A DNA stretch of 64,000 nt from an uncultured bacterium (GTDB taxonomy: Bacteria; Fidelibacterota; Marinisomatia; Marinisomatales; JABMOV01), in the NCBI GenBank assembly GCA_964344305.1, contig CAYFMT010000016.1, positions 622-64,621 of the forward strand, read 5' to 3'. A model generated the notes under the pieces. The model made no database searches. It was not told the origin of the DNA and worked only from the letters and a program-made list of their open reading frames with translations. Below are positions 37,643-47,497 of the stretch, in pieces; the stretch's first letter is position 1, and every line of letters starts with the position of its first letter. The position numbers and the translations under genes are program-made.

Positions 37643-37663
37643 ATGTGATTTAGACGGAAAGGG

Positions 37664-38095
37664 CTATTGTTTCAGACGATACACCACACCTTCAATGGTT
37701 TTAAGAAATTTCTCTACCTGTGTGGATGTATGAAAAAGAAACTCAGCCTCTTCGAATACATCATTAGGATAGAATTCCTCATCATAATCCTTCAAGAAGT
37801 TTGCCTCCAGCTTCACTGTTAGATCACGGATCACCTGTGGTGGGAGTCCTTTGCTCCTGAGAAAATTGATAAGCAGGTTGATTTTGCCATCCGATGTAAA
37901 ATGAAATATGGGCAGCATACCGAAGTCAGAATCCGTCCGAAATGTCAATGTACCGTGTTCTGTTCCGCGTCCCCAGGTGATATCATCAGCGAATTGCTCA
38001 GAAAACGTTATGAATCGTTCACCAATCTTTGCAATCTCACGACTGCAAGTATTTCTCAAATCTTCTACGAATGAATCTTTATCCCACTTTGCCAT
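37664..38095 (-). CDS. hypothetical cytoplasmic protein (143 aa)
   Basis: The ORF is trimmed to MAKWDKDSF (ATG at 38095). The longer 211-aa reading runs over the upstream terminator-like hairpin. I recognised no motif. Confidence 0.5.
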   Translation of the reverse strand: MAKWDKDSFVEDLRNTCSREIAKIGERFITFSEQFADDITWGRGTEHGTLTFRTDSDFGMLPIFHFTSDGKINLLINFLRSKGLPPQVIRDLTVKLEANFLKDYDEEFYPNDVFEEAEFLFHTSTQVEKFLKTIEGVVYRLKQ

Positions 38096-38199
38096 GTGTC
38101 CCCCACCGAGGAAATTGTTGTTAAACCTGTTTAAATACAGTGGGAATTTAAAAAATATCGGATTCGTGTTGGTATTTAAAATTTCTGTGTGTACACTAT

Positions 38200-38235
38200 G
38201 GGATGTATTCACCGCTGGATGGATGAATACATCCC
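38200..38235 (-). terminator. perfect 12-bp stem-loop just after the M1 peptidase stop (no U-tract)
   Basis: GGGATGTATTCA-12 nt-TGAATACATCCC lies 6 nt downstream of the TAG at 38242-38244. Confidence 0.4.
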
Positions 38236-38241
38236 ACTCAG

Positions 38242-41133
38242 CTAAAATGATATAAACGTAGGTATGGATATGGAAAACCTTGCGTTTTTCAAAATCCAAT
38301 CGAACGAATCAGGTGTATTCTCATCTTCCCAACTCATGTAAAGTGGAATAAACAGTCCCATATCCTCAGACCCCAGCAATAGCCCTAAATCTGTGTATGT
38401 ATTAGACGTAAATCCAGAAACATCCGCAAATAGATTTACAGGTATATATGGGATATCCAGGACAACATTCAGTCCCCAGATGAATGACTCAACTACGGCC
38501 ATATCATTGAATCCCTTTAAACTCGGACCATCTTTTACAAATTGCTCATCATAGATATTGATGACATTTTCCGTAGCTGTCCTGTTCAAAATCAGGGACT
38601 GTTCGAATTCAGGATCTACTCCACCAGACAAAAATGTCTGATAATGAGTTGGAACTTCATCGCTGGAAATGAAACCTCCGGTCCATAATCGTAATGATGA
38701 ATACTCATTTTTCGTCCAGCGATAACGCATCGTGTTAATAAAATTCCATTTTGCGAATGAACCCCCTGATAATGCTATTTGCAACGAAGCAGATGACCCA
38801 TAAGAGAGTCGTGTACTGGGCCGATTTGTAAACTGGGTTCTTGTGGAAAATGTTGTGTATGAACCGGACTCATATCGTGTATTTACCAATCCATCACCAT
38901 ACAGTGTTCTCTCCCTGATCTTCAGATCTATTTCCCATCTAGCCCTGGAATGAATAGACGGTTCCTTCACTAAGTTTGACTCAAGTCCCCATCCGGATGC
39001 ACTTGAGTGATCAAAGTATTCTCCCTTCACTGTGATGGATTGAAATCCAAATGTTTGAAACATGGTTTTTTGTGCTGTAACGGATCCCATCAGCCTTGAA
39101 TGTTCGATATCCCACATGGGAGTGATACCGAGACCATATCGATACCCGGGGATAAAACCAGAGTAAATTTTTAACCCAGGTGTCCATCCATTGTACTGAT
39201 TCCATTCCGTTACCCAGGGAAGCCAGTAAAAGGTTCGATCCTTATAATCTGGTTGATCAAACACAAAGACAAAATCAAAAGATTTATTCGTGGTATTGTT
39301 GCTTCGGTTAACGTCGGGCATTTGGTCATCCGGGTCAATAACGATCTTTTCTACTCCATCTGGGACAGGTAGCGGCATGGCCTGATTCTTAATGGCAATC
39401 CACTGCCGCCCTATTTCTTCCCTGGTATTGTTGTAGTACGCCACTTCCACCGGCACTGACATGGAGCCATGGTTCGCCAGGTAATAGCTGTCGCCATCCT
39501 GGCGGACGCCATAATCAATTTGTTTAGTAGAGCCGATTGCATTTTCCCAGAACCAGGACAAATCCTCTTCAACAAACATTGAGAATGCATCTTCCAGGTC
39601 CTTTTGAGAAGGGTGTTTGAATTTCCATGCCTCATAATAATGCTGCATAATGTTATCCATTTTTTCTTCACCCAGGTAGTGCTGCAAGAATCGAAACGTG
39701 ACGGCGGTCTTACCGTACACGATGGACCCATAGTTTGAGCGGGTGTATTCTTCTGCCCGAAGGTTTATGGCCTGATCATTACCTGGGTTGGCCTGAATGA
39801 TATATCCCATATATCCCATGAGCCATTTCATTTGAATATTTCGGCCAATTCCTATTTTCTCCTGGACATCTTCCTGGAGCATAATGGATTCGTTCCTGTC
39901 ACCATATTTCTTTTCCCAATATTTAACATTGGCAAACTCATTGAGGCCTTCATCCAGCCAGGGCGCTTCACGTTCATTGTTCCCAAGGATGCCGTAAAAC
40001 CAGTTATGACCCACTTCATGCATAATGACAAACTCAAGCAAATCCCTTGTACCGCCACTTGAGATGACGGTGATATTCGGGTATTCCATTCCACCTCCAG
40101 CAGACATATCACCATCTACTGCCGTAATATGATTATAGGGATAGTCCCCGAAAAATTCACTATACCAGTATCCAGAATCATGCAGATACTCGATGGAATG
40201 TTCCCACAGGTCCGAATTTTTCGGGAGGTACATGGACCATAAGGTGATTGGCTTTGTTGAATCACCAAGGAATAATTCACCTTTTCGAACAATCCATTTC
40301 CAGTCCGCAAACCAGGCAAAATCATGGACATTTTCCTGATGAAAATGAAGGGTCTTCATCCCGGTTTTTGATCTCTTTGCTTTCGATAATTCTTTCAGTG
40401 CTTTTTTCCTGGACTTTTTATCCAGTTCATAGAGAGCATCCCCTTCTTTTGACAGGGAATCCAGCCATACCAGTTCCGATTCACCATTTACAAGATCACC
40501 GGTTGCCATGATTCTGTAATCATTGGGTAGTGTGATATGGACATCAAATGTCCCGAACTCACTGTAGAATTCTCCCATATCAAGATAGGGCATTGGGTGC
40601 CAACCATTTTTGTCATATACAGCCGGTTTTGGGTACCATTGAGTAATCTCATAATGTTGACCTGTGTGGCCCAATCGCGAAAAAACTTTTGGGAGTTTTA
40701 CATAAAATGGGGTTTCGATTGTAACTGTTTCTCCTGGCTGCAGTGGAGTTGGAAGATATATTTTAGCCACATCAATCCAATCCGGATGGTATTCCCATTC
40801 CATTGATTGTCCATTGGACCGAAAATCGAGACTGTCAATGTACCCTCTTTCTTCTTCCGTGGCAAAGGTCATGCGGGAATTCCTTCGAGCCCTGAACTGA
40901 TCTTCAAGTGCAGTCTGATTATTTTTATAAGCATTTGGCCACAGGTGAAACCAGATGTACTCAAGAACATCCGGAGAATTGTTTGTATACTGCAGGGATT
41001 CAAAAGCAGATAAGGTGTGAGCAGAATCATCCAGTGTGACATGGATTTCATAAGCCACATCCTGCTGAAAGTAATCAGCACCAAAAATAATGTGAAGAAG
41101 GGTAATAAGTATAACAGGTGATTTGTAATGCAT
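38242..41133 (-). CDS. M1-family (aminopeptidase N-like) zinc metallopeptidase with a ~350-aa beta-rich, Omp85-like C-terminal region
   Basis: The gluzincin site is VIMHEVGHNWFYGILGNNEREAPWLDEGLNEF (HEXXH-18-E), preceded by GGMEYPN. Signal peptide MHYKSPVILITLLHIIFG sets the start at 41133. The C-terminal region has alternating hydrophobic strands, FLSGGVDPEF / GPSLKGFND motifs and a terminal ...IPTFISF. Confidence 0.85.
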   Translation of the reverse strand: MHYKSPVILITLLHIIFGADYFQQDVAYEIHVTLDDSAHTLSAFESLQYTNNSPDVLEYIWFHLWPNAYKNNQTALEDQFRARRNSRMTFATEEERGYIDSLDFRSNGQSMEWEYHPDWIDVAKIYLPTPLQPGETVTIETPFYVKLPKVFSRLGHTGQHYEITQWYPKPAVYDKNGWHPMPYLDMGEFYSEFGTFDVHITLPNDYRIMATGDLVNGESELVWLDSLSKEGDALYELDKKSRKKALKELSKAKRSKTGMKTLHFHQENVHDFAWFADWKWIVRKGELFLGDSTKPITLWSMYLPKNSDLWEHSIEYLHDSGYWYSEFFGDYPYNHITAVDGDMSAGGGMEYPNITVISSGGTRDLLEFVIMHEVGHNWFYGILGNNEREAPWLDEGLNEFANVKYWEKKYGDRNESIMLQEDVQEKIGIGRNIQMKWLMGYMGYIIQANPGNDQAINLRAEEYTRSNYGSIVYGKTAVTFRFLQHYLGEEKMDNIMQHYYEAWKFKHPSQKDLEDAFSMFVEEDLSWFWENAIGSTKQIDYGVRQDGDSYYLANHGSMSVPVEVAYYNNTREEIGRQWIAIKNQAMPLPVPDGVEKIVIDPDDQMPDVNRSNNTTNKSFDFVFVFDQPDYKDRTFYWLPWVTEWNQYNGWTPGLKIYSGFIPGYRYGLGITPMWDIEHSRLMGSVTAQKTMFQTFGFQSITVKGEYFDHSSASGWGLESNLVKEPSIHSRARWEIDLKIRERTLYGDGLVNTRYESGSYTTFSTRTQFTNRPSTRLSYGSSASLQIALSGGSFAKWNFINTMRYRWTKNEYSSLRLWTGGFISSDEVPTHYQTFLSGGVDPEFEQSLILNRTATENVINIYDEQFVKDGPSLKGFNDMAVVESFIWGLNVVLDIPYIPVNLFADVSGFTSNTYTDLGLLLGSEDMGLFIPLYMSWEDENTPDSFDWILKNARFSISIPTFISF

Positions 41134-41203
41134 GGTCTTTCCTCTAAATATGCCGGACAAGACAATCCGGATATCTTTTCGTTGTCTATTGGTTGGTGGG
41201 AAT

Positions 41204-41239
41204 ATAAAAAAATCCCGACTTACTTTGTAAGCCGGGATT
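41204..41239 (-). terminator. rho-independent terminator after sod
   Basis: AATCCCGACTTAC / GTAAGCCGGGATT pairs at 12 of 13 positions. It is followed on the minus strand by T7. Confidence 0.8.
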
Positions 41240-41262
41240 CTGAGAGTCAATATATAGGAAAT

Positions 41263-41835
41263 CTACAGATTGCTGGCCACAAATTCCCAGTTCACCAGGT
41301 TCCAGAATGCATCAACATACGCCGGTCGTGCATTTCGGTAATCCACATAGTAAGCATGCTCCCAAACATCACAAGTAAGCAACGGTGTACCTGAACCAGT
41401 CAGGGCTGATCCTGCATTGCTTGTGTTTACGATTTCCAATCCATTCTCACCTTTTACCAGCCATGTCCAGCCTGAACCAAAATTCGTGACAGCTGATTTC
41501 GTAAATGCATCCTTGAATGCATCAAAAGATCCAAAGGCATCATTAATTGCATCTGCCAGTGCACCGCTGGGTGTTCCCCCACCATTTGGCGACAGGCAAT
41601 TCCAATAGAAAGTATGATTCCACACCTGTGCTGCGTTATTAAAAATACCGCCATCAGAAGATTTTATAATTTCCTCCAGGGGCATATTCTCGTACGGTGT
41701 CCCTGGGATCAAATTATTTAGATTGGTCACATAGGCTGCATGATGCTTTCCGTAATGATAATCCAGTGTTTCTGCTGAAATGTGAGGTTCAAGTGCATTC
41801 TTTGAATACGGTAATTCTGGTAGTTCGTGTTTCAT
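41263..41835 (-). CDS. sodB: Fe/Mn superoxide dismutase (Fe-type features)
   Basis: Motifs are [38 protein letters not shown] and DVWEHAYY. Confidence 0.9.
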   Translation of the reverse strand: MKHELPELPYSKNALEPHISAETLDYHYGKHHAAYVTNLNNLIPGTPYENMPLEEIIKSSDGGIFNNAAQVWNHTFYWNCLSPNGGGTPSGALADAINDAFGSFDAFKDAFTKSAVTNFGSGWTWLVKGENGLEIVNTSNAGSALTGSGTPLLTCDVWEHAYYVDYRNARPAYVDAFWNLVNWEFVASNL

Positions 41836-41847
41836 GGGGTTTCCTTT

Positions 41848-42810
41848 CTAATTATAGTCCGCTTTGACTTTTTTTCTGCCACGGATGTATTTATCGGCAT
41901 TGAGAGCGGCAATGGCACCTTCCGATGCTGCCACTACAACCTGTTTAATCTCACGGCAGAGCATATCACCTACCGCAAAGACACCCGGAACGGATGTTTC
42001 AAAATTATTATCGACGATCAGACAGGAGTCCTCGGTTGTACCCAGGGCACCTGCCAGGTAATCAATGATGGGTTTTGTCCCTGCCAAATAGAGAAAAACG
42101 CCATCTACCTCCAGTTCTTCACCAGAACGAAACCGAATGGATTTAACACTAAAATCACCCATCACACTTTCGATCCGTTTTCCATAATGAATAACAAGAT
42201 TCTCGGCATTTTCTGCTTCGTCTAGCAGAGCTGCATCAATATCAAATGATTTTTTTGGATTCAATAAATGTACCGTTTTCGCAAACCGAGTCAACACCAG
42301 GGCCTCTTCCACCGCTTCATCACTGGACCCTGCCACAGCAGTGACTGCATCCCTGTAAAATGCGGCATCGCAGGTTGCACAATAGCTGACACCTTTTCCC
42401 AATAGCTCATCCTCTCCCGGGATAGATTTATTTTTCCCCATCCCTCCAGTGGACAATATGAGAGACTTGGATTTATAGACATCGCCCGTATTGGTAAACA
42501 CGGCTTTATGCCCTTCTTCGTCCAACCTAACACCCTGGACTTTTGTTTTGATTAATTCTGCACCAAAAGATGTGGCCTGGTCATGCATCCTCTGGAGAAG
42601 CTCAGAGCCGGATAATTCTTCAGGTACACCGGGGTAATTGGCAATTTTGTGAGTCATTCCCAGTGCACCCGCTGTCATGGATTTATCCAGGACCAGTGTT
42701 CTCAGTTTTGCCCGGGAAGCGTAAATGGCTGCAGATGCCCCGGCTGGTCCACCCCCAATTACGATTACGTCGTAAATGTTTTCTTCCATCTTTTCAAAAA
42801 TGGAGGCCAT
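41848..42810 (-). CDS. trxB: thioredoxin-disulfide reductase family flavoprotein
   Basis: The FAD motif is YDVIVIGGGPAGASAA and the redox-active site is CATCDAAFY. Confidence 0.85.
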   Translation of the reverse strand: MASIFEKMEENIYDVIVIGGGPAGASAAIYASRAKLRTLVLDKSMTAGALGMTHKIANYPGVPEELSGSELLQRMHDQATSFGAELIKTKVQGVRLDEEGHKAVFTNTGDVYKSKSLILSTGGMGKNKSIPGEDELLGKGVSYCATCDAAFYRDAVTAVAGSSDEAVEEALVLTRFAKTVHLLNPKKSFDIDAALLDEAENAENLVIHYGKRIESVMGDFSVKSIRFRSGEELEVDGVFLYLAGTKPIIDYLAGALGTTEDSCLIVDNNFETSVPGVFAVGDMLCREIKQVVVAASEGAIAALNADKYIRGRKKVKADYN

Positions 42811-42833
42811 GCGGACATGGCCCCCTTTGTTGG

Positions 42834-43478
42834 TTATAAGTTATCAGCGTTTTCTGACAGATAAGAGGCTACGCCTTCTGCGTTGTCTTTCATACCTGAC
42901 TGTCCTTCTGTCCATCCTGCAGGACATACTTCACCATGCTCCTGATGAAATGCAAGTGCATCCACCATACGAAGCATTTCATCTACATTTCTGCCCAGTG
43001 GTTCATCATTAATGACTGCGTGACGTACAATACCATCTTCATCAATGAGGAATGATCCGCGCAATGTGATGTCCCCACCAACAGTGGATTCGTATTCTTC
43101 TTCTTCTGTTTCGATAAATGCAGGTTCAGAATTCATCAGAACATCATAGTCCCGTGCAATATCCTTGGTTACATCTGCAATGATTGGGTATTGGATATCT
43201 CCAATTCCACCCTGGTTTACGGGAGTTCTTTTCCAGGCAAAGTGGGTATGCTTGGAATCCACAGAACATCCAAGAACCTGGACATTGCGTTTTTCAAATT
43301 CAGCAATACGCTTGCTGAATGCAATGATTTCGGTTGGACATACAAATGTAAAATCCAGAGGATAAAAGAATAATACAACTTTCTTCCCCCTGTAATCAGA
43401 CAAACTGATGTCCTGAAATGAATTGTCCGGCATGATAGCTGTTGCTGTAAAGTCCGGTGCTGGTTTTGTCACTAACAT
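42834..43478 (-). CDS. ahpC: typical 2-Cys peroxiredoxin (AhpC/Prx1 type)
   Basis: The peroxidatic Cys context is FYPLDFTFVCPTEI and the resolving Cys context is HGEVCPAGW. Confidence 0.88.
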   Translation of the reverse strand: MLVTKPAPDFTATAIMPDNSFQDISLSDYRGKKVVLFFYPLDFTFVCPTEIIAFSKRIAEFEKRNVQVLGCSVDSKHTHFAWKRTPVNQGGIGDIQYPIIADVTKDIARDYDVLMNSEPAFIETEEEEYESTVGGDITLRGSFLIDEDGIVRHAVINDEPLGRNVDEMLRMVDALAFHQEHGEVCPAGWTEGQSGMKDNAEGVASYLSENADNL

Positions 43479-43521
43479 GTGATTCTCCTTTATAGTATGT
43501 TGAATATGCTAATTGTTACTA

Positions 43522-43908
43522 TTAATTGACTAATTCTTTATTGCAGGTAGAACAAACCCCGGTCATACTCAATGTGTAATCGGTAACTGTATGATTGCAT
43601 GTTTGGATGATGGACTCAGGTGATTCATCCGGTTTACGTTGTATGTCATACATCTGATTGCAATTCGTACATGTAAAATGATCGTGGGGTTCGATGATAC
43701 CGTCATACCTGACTATATGTCCATCATGAATGCTGCGAATAAATCCTTTTTCAACAAGTTGATTCAAGTTTCGGTACACGGTTCCAAGGCTGATATTTGG
43801 AATTTTTTTCCGGGCTTCATCATACACATTATCTGCAGTAGGATGCAAGGTTGAAGCCTGAACAATGCTTAATATTTCTTCTCTTTGATGACTGTATCGC
43901 ATACTCAT
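43522..43908 (-). CDS. perR: Fur-family regulator, probably PerR
   Basis: 128 aa with an HTH region (SLGTVYRNLNQLVEKG), HDHFTCTNCNQ and CSTCN metal sites. It heads the prx-trxB-sod gene string. Confidence 0.75.
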   Translation of the reverse strand: MSMRYSHQREEILSIVQASTLHPTADNVYDEARKKIPNISLGTVYRNLNQLVEKGFIRSIHDGHIVRYDGIIEPHDHFTCTNCNQMYDIQRKPDESPESIIQTCNHTVTDYTLSMTGVCSTCNKELVN

Positions 43909-43960
43909 TATCTTTCTGAAAGAGGGAGAAATTATGGTATAAACGATCTAAATTCAATAG

Positions 43961-43975
43961 TAGTAATGATTATTA
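43961..43975. promoter_or_regulatory. PerR/Fur-box-like 7-1-7 inverted repeat
   Basis: TAGTAAT-G-ATTATTA matches the PerR box TTATAAT-N-ATTATAA at 11 of 14 positions. It lies 53 nt upstream of perR, in the divergent intergenic region. Confidence 0.5.
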
Positions 43976-44045
43976 TTTTTATTTATTGTTTTTGCCTGTT
44001 TTCTACTGTCATCGTAAACTTATTTATACATCCCACACATGAATC

Positions 44046-44423
44046 ATGAATTACGATATTTTCATCAATGACATAGATCAGTTTTTTGGAGCACGTGTCA
44101 ATGGCATTTGGAAGTTGGAACACAGCGAAAAACTAGCCTCCGAGCTTCTTGAAATTCACAAAGTAAATGGATTAACAGATGTGCTGATTGACCACTCAAA
44201 CGTTATGATTAATATCCCTTATTTTGTGGCATTTAGACGACCGTCCCAGTTAAAAACACTCTTCGAAGATATTCGTCCACGTATAGCATTTATTCCACCG
44301 AAAGGCCGGCACAGGCTCTATCACTTCTTTGAATCTGTGGCTCGAAACAGGGGGATCGATTTTAGGATATTCCCAAACGAAGAGACGGCAGTGGATTGGT
44401 TAAAAAATAAGGACCTCGATTGA
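44046..44423 (+). CDS. hypothetical protein (possibly STAS/SpoIIAA-like fold)
   Basis: 125-aa ORF divergent from perR. The fold guess comes only from size and pattern. Confidence 0.45.
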   Translation: MNYDIFINDIDQFFGARVNGIWKLEHSEKLASELLEIHKVNGLTDVLIDHSNVMINIPYFVAFRRPSQLKTLFEDIRPRIAFIPPKGRHRLYHFFESVARNRGIDFRIFPNEETAVDWLKNKDLD

Positions 44424-44430
44424 GGTCCTT
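44401..44430 (-). terminator. rho-independent terminator for the lipoprotein gene, overlapping the 3' end of the convergent CDS
   Basis: AAGGACCTC-gatt-GAGGTCCTT forms a 9-bp stem. It is followed on the minus strand by ATTTTTTA. Confidence 0.65.
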
Positions 44431-44457
44431 ATCAAAATAGATTATTTATAGACTAAA

Positions 44458-44928
44458 CTACTCCGTTTCACCCAGGTATGCTTTCAATGCATTGTTTAGC
44501 TCCACCATGGCTTCCTTTGGCAATGTGTCCACATTACTTTTTATCCTGTCCAGTGACAGCTTAATATCCTGATTGGAGGAACGGATCTCAGACAGATCTT
44601 TCCTCAGGCTTCCTGACACCATCATCAACGTGGCTTTTGAACTGTCCACTGCTCCTGTCAGGGCCTCAATTTTTGCTTCTTGTTCTGCAAGCATTTTTTC
44701 CAGATCTGCAATCCTTTGACGATCAGATTCCAGTGCTTTGTTCAAGACTTCATCAATATTTGCAGACAAATCCTGTACGATGGATTCATTCTGGTTGGCG
44801 TTCTGTGCTTCGACGTATTCCACAGTGGCCAGGTTAAATTTTGAAGCTGGCCCTTCTGTCGGTAAAAACGTCATGGTAGAACATGATACCAGTAGAATGC
44901 CGGATAAAATCAATACTAAGTGTTTCAT
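44458..44928 (-). CDS. coiled-coil lipoprotein of unknown function
   Basis: The lipobox is MKHLVLILSGILLVSCS. A heptad-like region follows (RIADLEKMLAEQEAKIEALTGAV). Confidence 0.6.
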   Translation of the reverse strand: MKHLVLILSGILLVSCSTMTFLPTEGPASKFNLATVEYVEAQNANQNESIVQDLSANIDEVLNKALESDRQRIADLEKMLAEQEAKIEALTGAVDSSKATLMMVSGSLRKDLSEIRSSNQDIKLSLDRIKSNVDTLPKEAMVELNNALKAYLGETE

Positions 44929-45048
44929 GATCGCTCTCTATCTCTTCCTTGTTCACATTGTTTCTTATAAAATTTTCGGGGTGGAAATTGACACATGCTC
45001 AATGGAAACGCAATAAAAACTCTGGGAATCACTGAAAACTCAATGAAT

Positions 45049-45933
45049 TTATTTTACAATCAGGATGGGAAAATTGGCATCTGTCATGACTCGGATCTGT
45101 TTACTGCCAAAGAGAAATTTCATAACGGGATTTTTTGTGGATTTCCCCATGACAACGATATGATCATCTCCTGCGAGCTCCTTAATGACCTCATGCGCCT
45201 CACCCACCTTAAAATGCTGACGGTGTTCGATCCCCGCTCGCCGCATCATGACTGCGGCTCTGTCAGAAGCCTTTTTGTATCCCGGACCAAATGTATCCTT
45301 GCGTGAAATGGTCACCAAATCCACAGGAATATCAAACGCCTGGGCCACCCGCACAGCATACTTAACGGCTTTCGGTGTGCTTCGACTGTCATTAACTGGC
45401 ACCAGCAGTCCATAAGTCATATTGTAATCAAACCGATTCACGACAAAAATTGAACTGCCGATAAATTGTACAAGATCATGTGCCATACGCCTTTTTTGAC
45501 TGCCACCAATTATGGTAACATCGTACTGATGGTCGGCGACTTCTGATCTTAATTCATCCACTATTTCACCATTTCTCAGGATCAATCGAACATCCTTGCA
45601 AACGGTACCGGGCAGCATGAGTTCATTCCTGGATGATCCTGACTGAATCAATGTATTTTTCTGAAACCCTGTTTCCACAACACTGGGCGTGAAATACTCA
45701 TGTTCTGCCAAAAAATGAAATGCCCACTCCAGCACATCCACACCGGGGCGATCCATTTCCCATCTTTCCAGGTTCTCCTGGGCAAGGTGAACAACATTGG
45801 ATGAATATGAACTCACTTTCGGTCCAACGTAACAGATGGTGACGGACGCCTTAAAGGCTTTTGCCACACGCATTCCAATCCGGAGCGTAGGTTCTGAATA
45901 TTCCTTACTGCCTACTGCAATTAAAAACTTCAT
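45049..45933 (-). CDS. tandem universal stress protein (UspA-family) domains
   Basis: 294 aa with two Usp-like halves (MKFLIAVGS... and ...LLVPVNDSRST...HIVVMGKS...PILIVK). Confidence 0.7.
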   Translation of the reverse strand: MKFLIAVGSKEYSEPTLRIGMRVAKAFKASVTICYVGPKVSSYSSNVVHLAQENLERWEMDRPGVDVLEWAFHFLAEHEYFTPSVVETGFQKNTLIQSGSSRNELMLPGTVCKDVRLILRNGEIVDELRSEVADHQYDVTIIGGSQKRRMAHDLVQFIGSSIFVVNRFDYNMTYGLLVPVNDSRSTPKAVKYAVRVAQAFDIPVDLVTISRKDTFGPGYKKASDRAAVMMRRAGIEHRQHFKVGEAHEVIKELAGDDHIVVMGKSTKNPVMKFLFGSKQIRVMTDANFPILIVK

Positions 45934-45964
45934 CCCTTCCCTCCTGTATATACACTGTGTTGAA

Positions 45965-47374
45965 TCATAGGATTGCCCAATACAAATTTGCGTACACTAA
46001 TAGTATGATCATGGAGCTTAGTCCCATTTTCCAACCTGTACGTAAAAAATCTTTCGATCGAACCAATCCACTGGAATACACAATCACACATGCCGGAGCC
46101 GCTACGGCTGTAAAATATCCAAATGCCGATGAGATGGCGGTGACAAGTCCGGTATGCAATACATCACCAGGGAGATTCAGGGTGATGGGCCCAAGTACGG
46201 CTACTGTAGCGGAACTGGACAACATGTTTGCCATGGTGGTGGTTAATAGAACGATGATGGCATCCGTTACAACTGGAATTGCAAGCAAGTCGTCACCCAC
46301 CACTCCCAATACCAGATTGGCGAGCCAGAGGGCAGCTCCGGTATTCTTTATCTGAACCCCCAGGGATATGGCGGCTCCAAAAAGGATAATAACACCCCAG
46401 TTTACATGACGGTTGATGTCATGCCATTTTACCAGTCCTGTAATAATATACATCACCACGCCGGTCAAAGCGATTATCCCAAGACCGACTGATTCAGAAA
46501 AAATCACCCACCCCAGGAATACAAGACCAAAAAGGATGGCCGCAAGAATCTGTTGACCTGTTATCCGTCCGGATTTTGCCACCTGTACCTTCAATCTTCT
46601 GATACCCGATTCCAGGTGCAGGTATTCTGGTGCAAAATTTTTCTTTAAAATGATCGCCAGGACAGGGAGCTGGAGCAGGACCATGGGATAGGTGTGAATC
46701 ATCCATGTTAAATACGTTAGGGGTTCAAGATTAAACTCTCGCCAGTAAATCATCATGATTGCATTTCGCCCACCACCAGATGGTGTTCCTATAGACCCAA
46801 TGAGGCAGCCATAGGCAATGGAAAACAGAAGAAGTGATGATAACTGGGATGTTTTTGATGTGTCATCGCTTGTGAACCGGATGATGGTCATGGCAATGGG
46901 CAACATGATGGCAGCCACCGTATGCTCACCAATAAACGATGACAATACGGCTGCAATGACAGAAAAACCAAATGCTATTCGGTGTGTTTTACTGCCTGTA
47001 AGTCGAATGATTCCAAGGGCAATTCTTGCATCCCATCCCTGTTGGATAATGGCCACTGCAAGCATGAGGGAACCCATGATGAAAAATACCGCATCATTCA
47101 TAAATGCCTTCGATACGTCATTGGCTTCTGCTACACCAAAATATACCTGGAGTATGATAATAATAAATGCAATCCCCGGTAAAGGTATGGGCTCGCTAAC
47201 GATAAGGATTAGCGCAATGATGGCAATGGTTATGGTTCGCCAACCTTCCAGGGACAGATTCTCAGGTGGTGGAATCAGGTAAAATACAATCCCTACAACA
47301 ACCGCTACCACAAGCCATAGGTTTCTGCTAACCCAGTAAATAATATTGCTAAGGACCTGATTTCGCAATTCCAT
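45965..47374 (-). CDS. DASS/SLC13-type (ArsB/NhaD superfamily) anion:cation symporter
   Basis: About 12 TM segments with inverted-repeat architecture and the typical SIGTPSGGGRN / TAVAAPAC hairpin motifs. The start is at 47374 or 47410. Confidence 0.7.
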   Translation of the reverse strand: MELRNQVLSNIIYWVSRNLWLVVAVVVGIVFYLIPPPENLSLEGWRTITIAIIALILIVSEPIPLPGIAFIIIILQVYFGVAEANDVSKAFMNDAVFFIMGSLMLAVAIIQQGWDARIALGIIRLTGSKTHRIAFGFSVIAAVLSSFIGEHTVAAIMLPIAMTIIRFTSDDTSKTSQLSSLLLFSIAYGCLIGSIGTPSGGGRNAIMMIYWREFNLEPLTYLTWMIHTYPMVLLQLPVLAIILKKNFAPEYLHLESGIRRLKVQVAKSGRITGQQILAAILFGLVFLGWVIFSESVGLGIIALTGVVMYIITGLVKWHDINRHVNWGVIILFGAAISLGVQIKNTGAALWLANLVLGVVGDDLLAIPVVTDAIIVLLTTTMANMLSSSATVAVLGPITLNLPGDVLHTGLVTAISSAFGYFTAVAAPACVIVYSSGLVRSKDFLRTGWKMGLSSMIILLVYANLYWAIL

Positions 47375-47497
47375 GGAACACAAAAATACGGATGAATATA
47401 GGTCAACCAATTACATTAAGATTTTAGTAGTCATTTCTTGTCGGTTTTCCACTATCTTATGCTTTGTCACGAGTCAAACGACCCGTAATCTTCACCC

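Noticed and set aside
42834-43478. Acidic insertion in the peroxiredoxin as a separate finding.
   Set aside because: Loop-length variation in 2-Cys Prx is common, and I cannot judge its rarity without an alignment. It is mentioned only under the operon finding.
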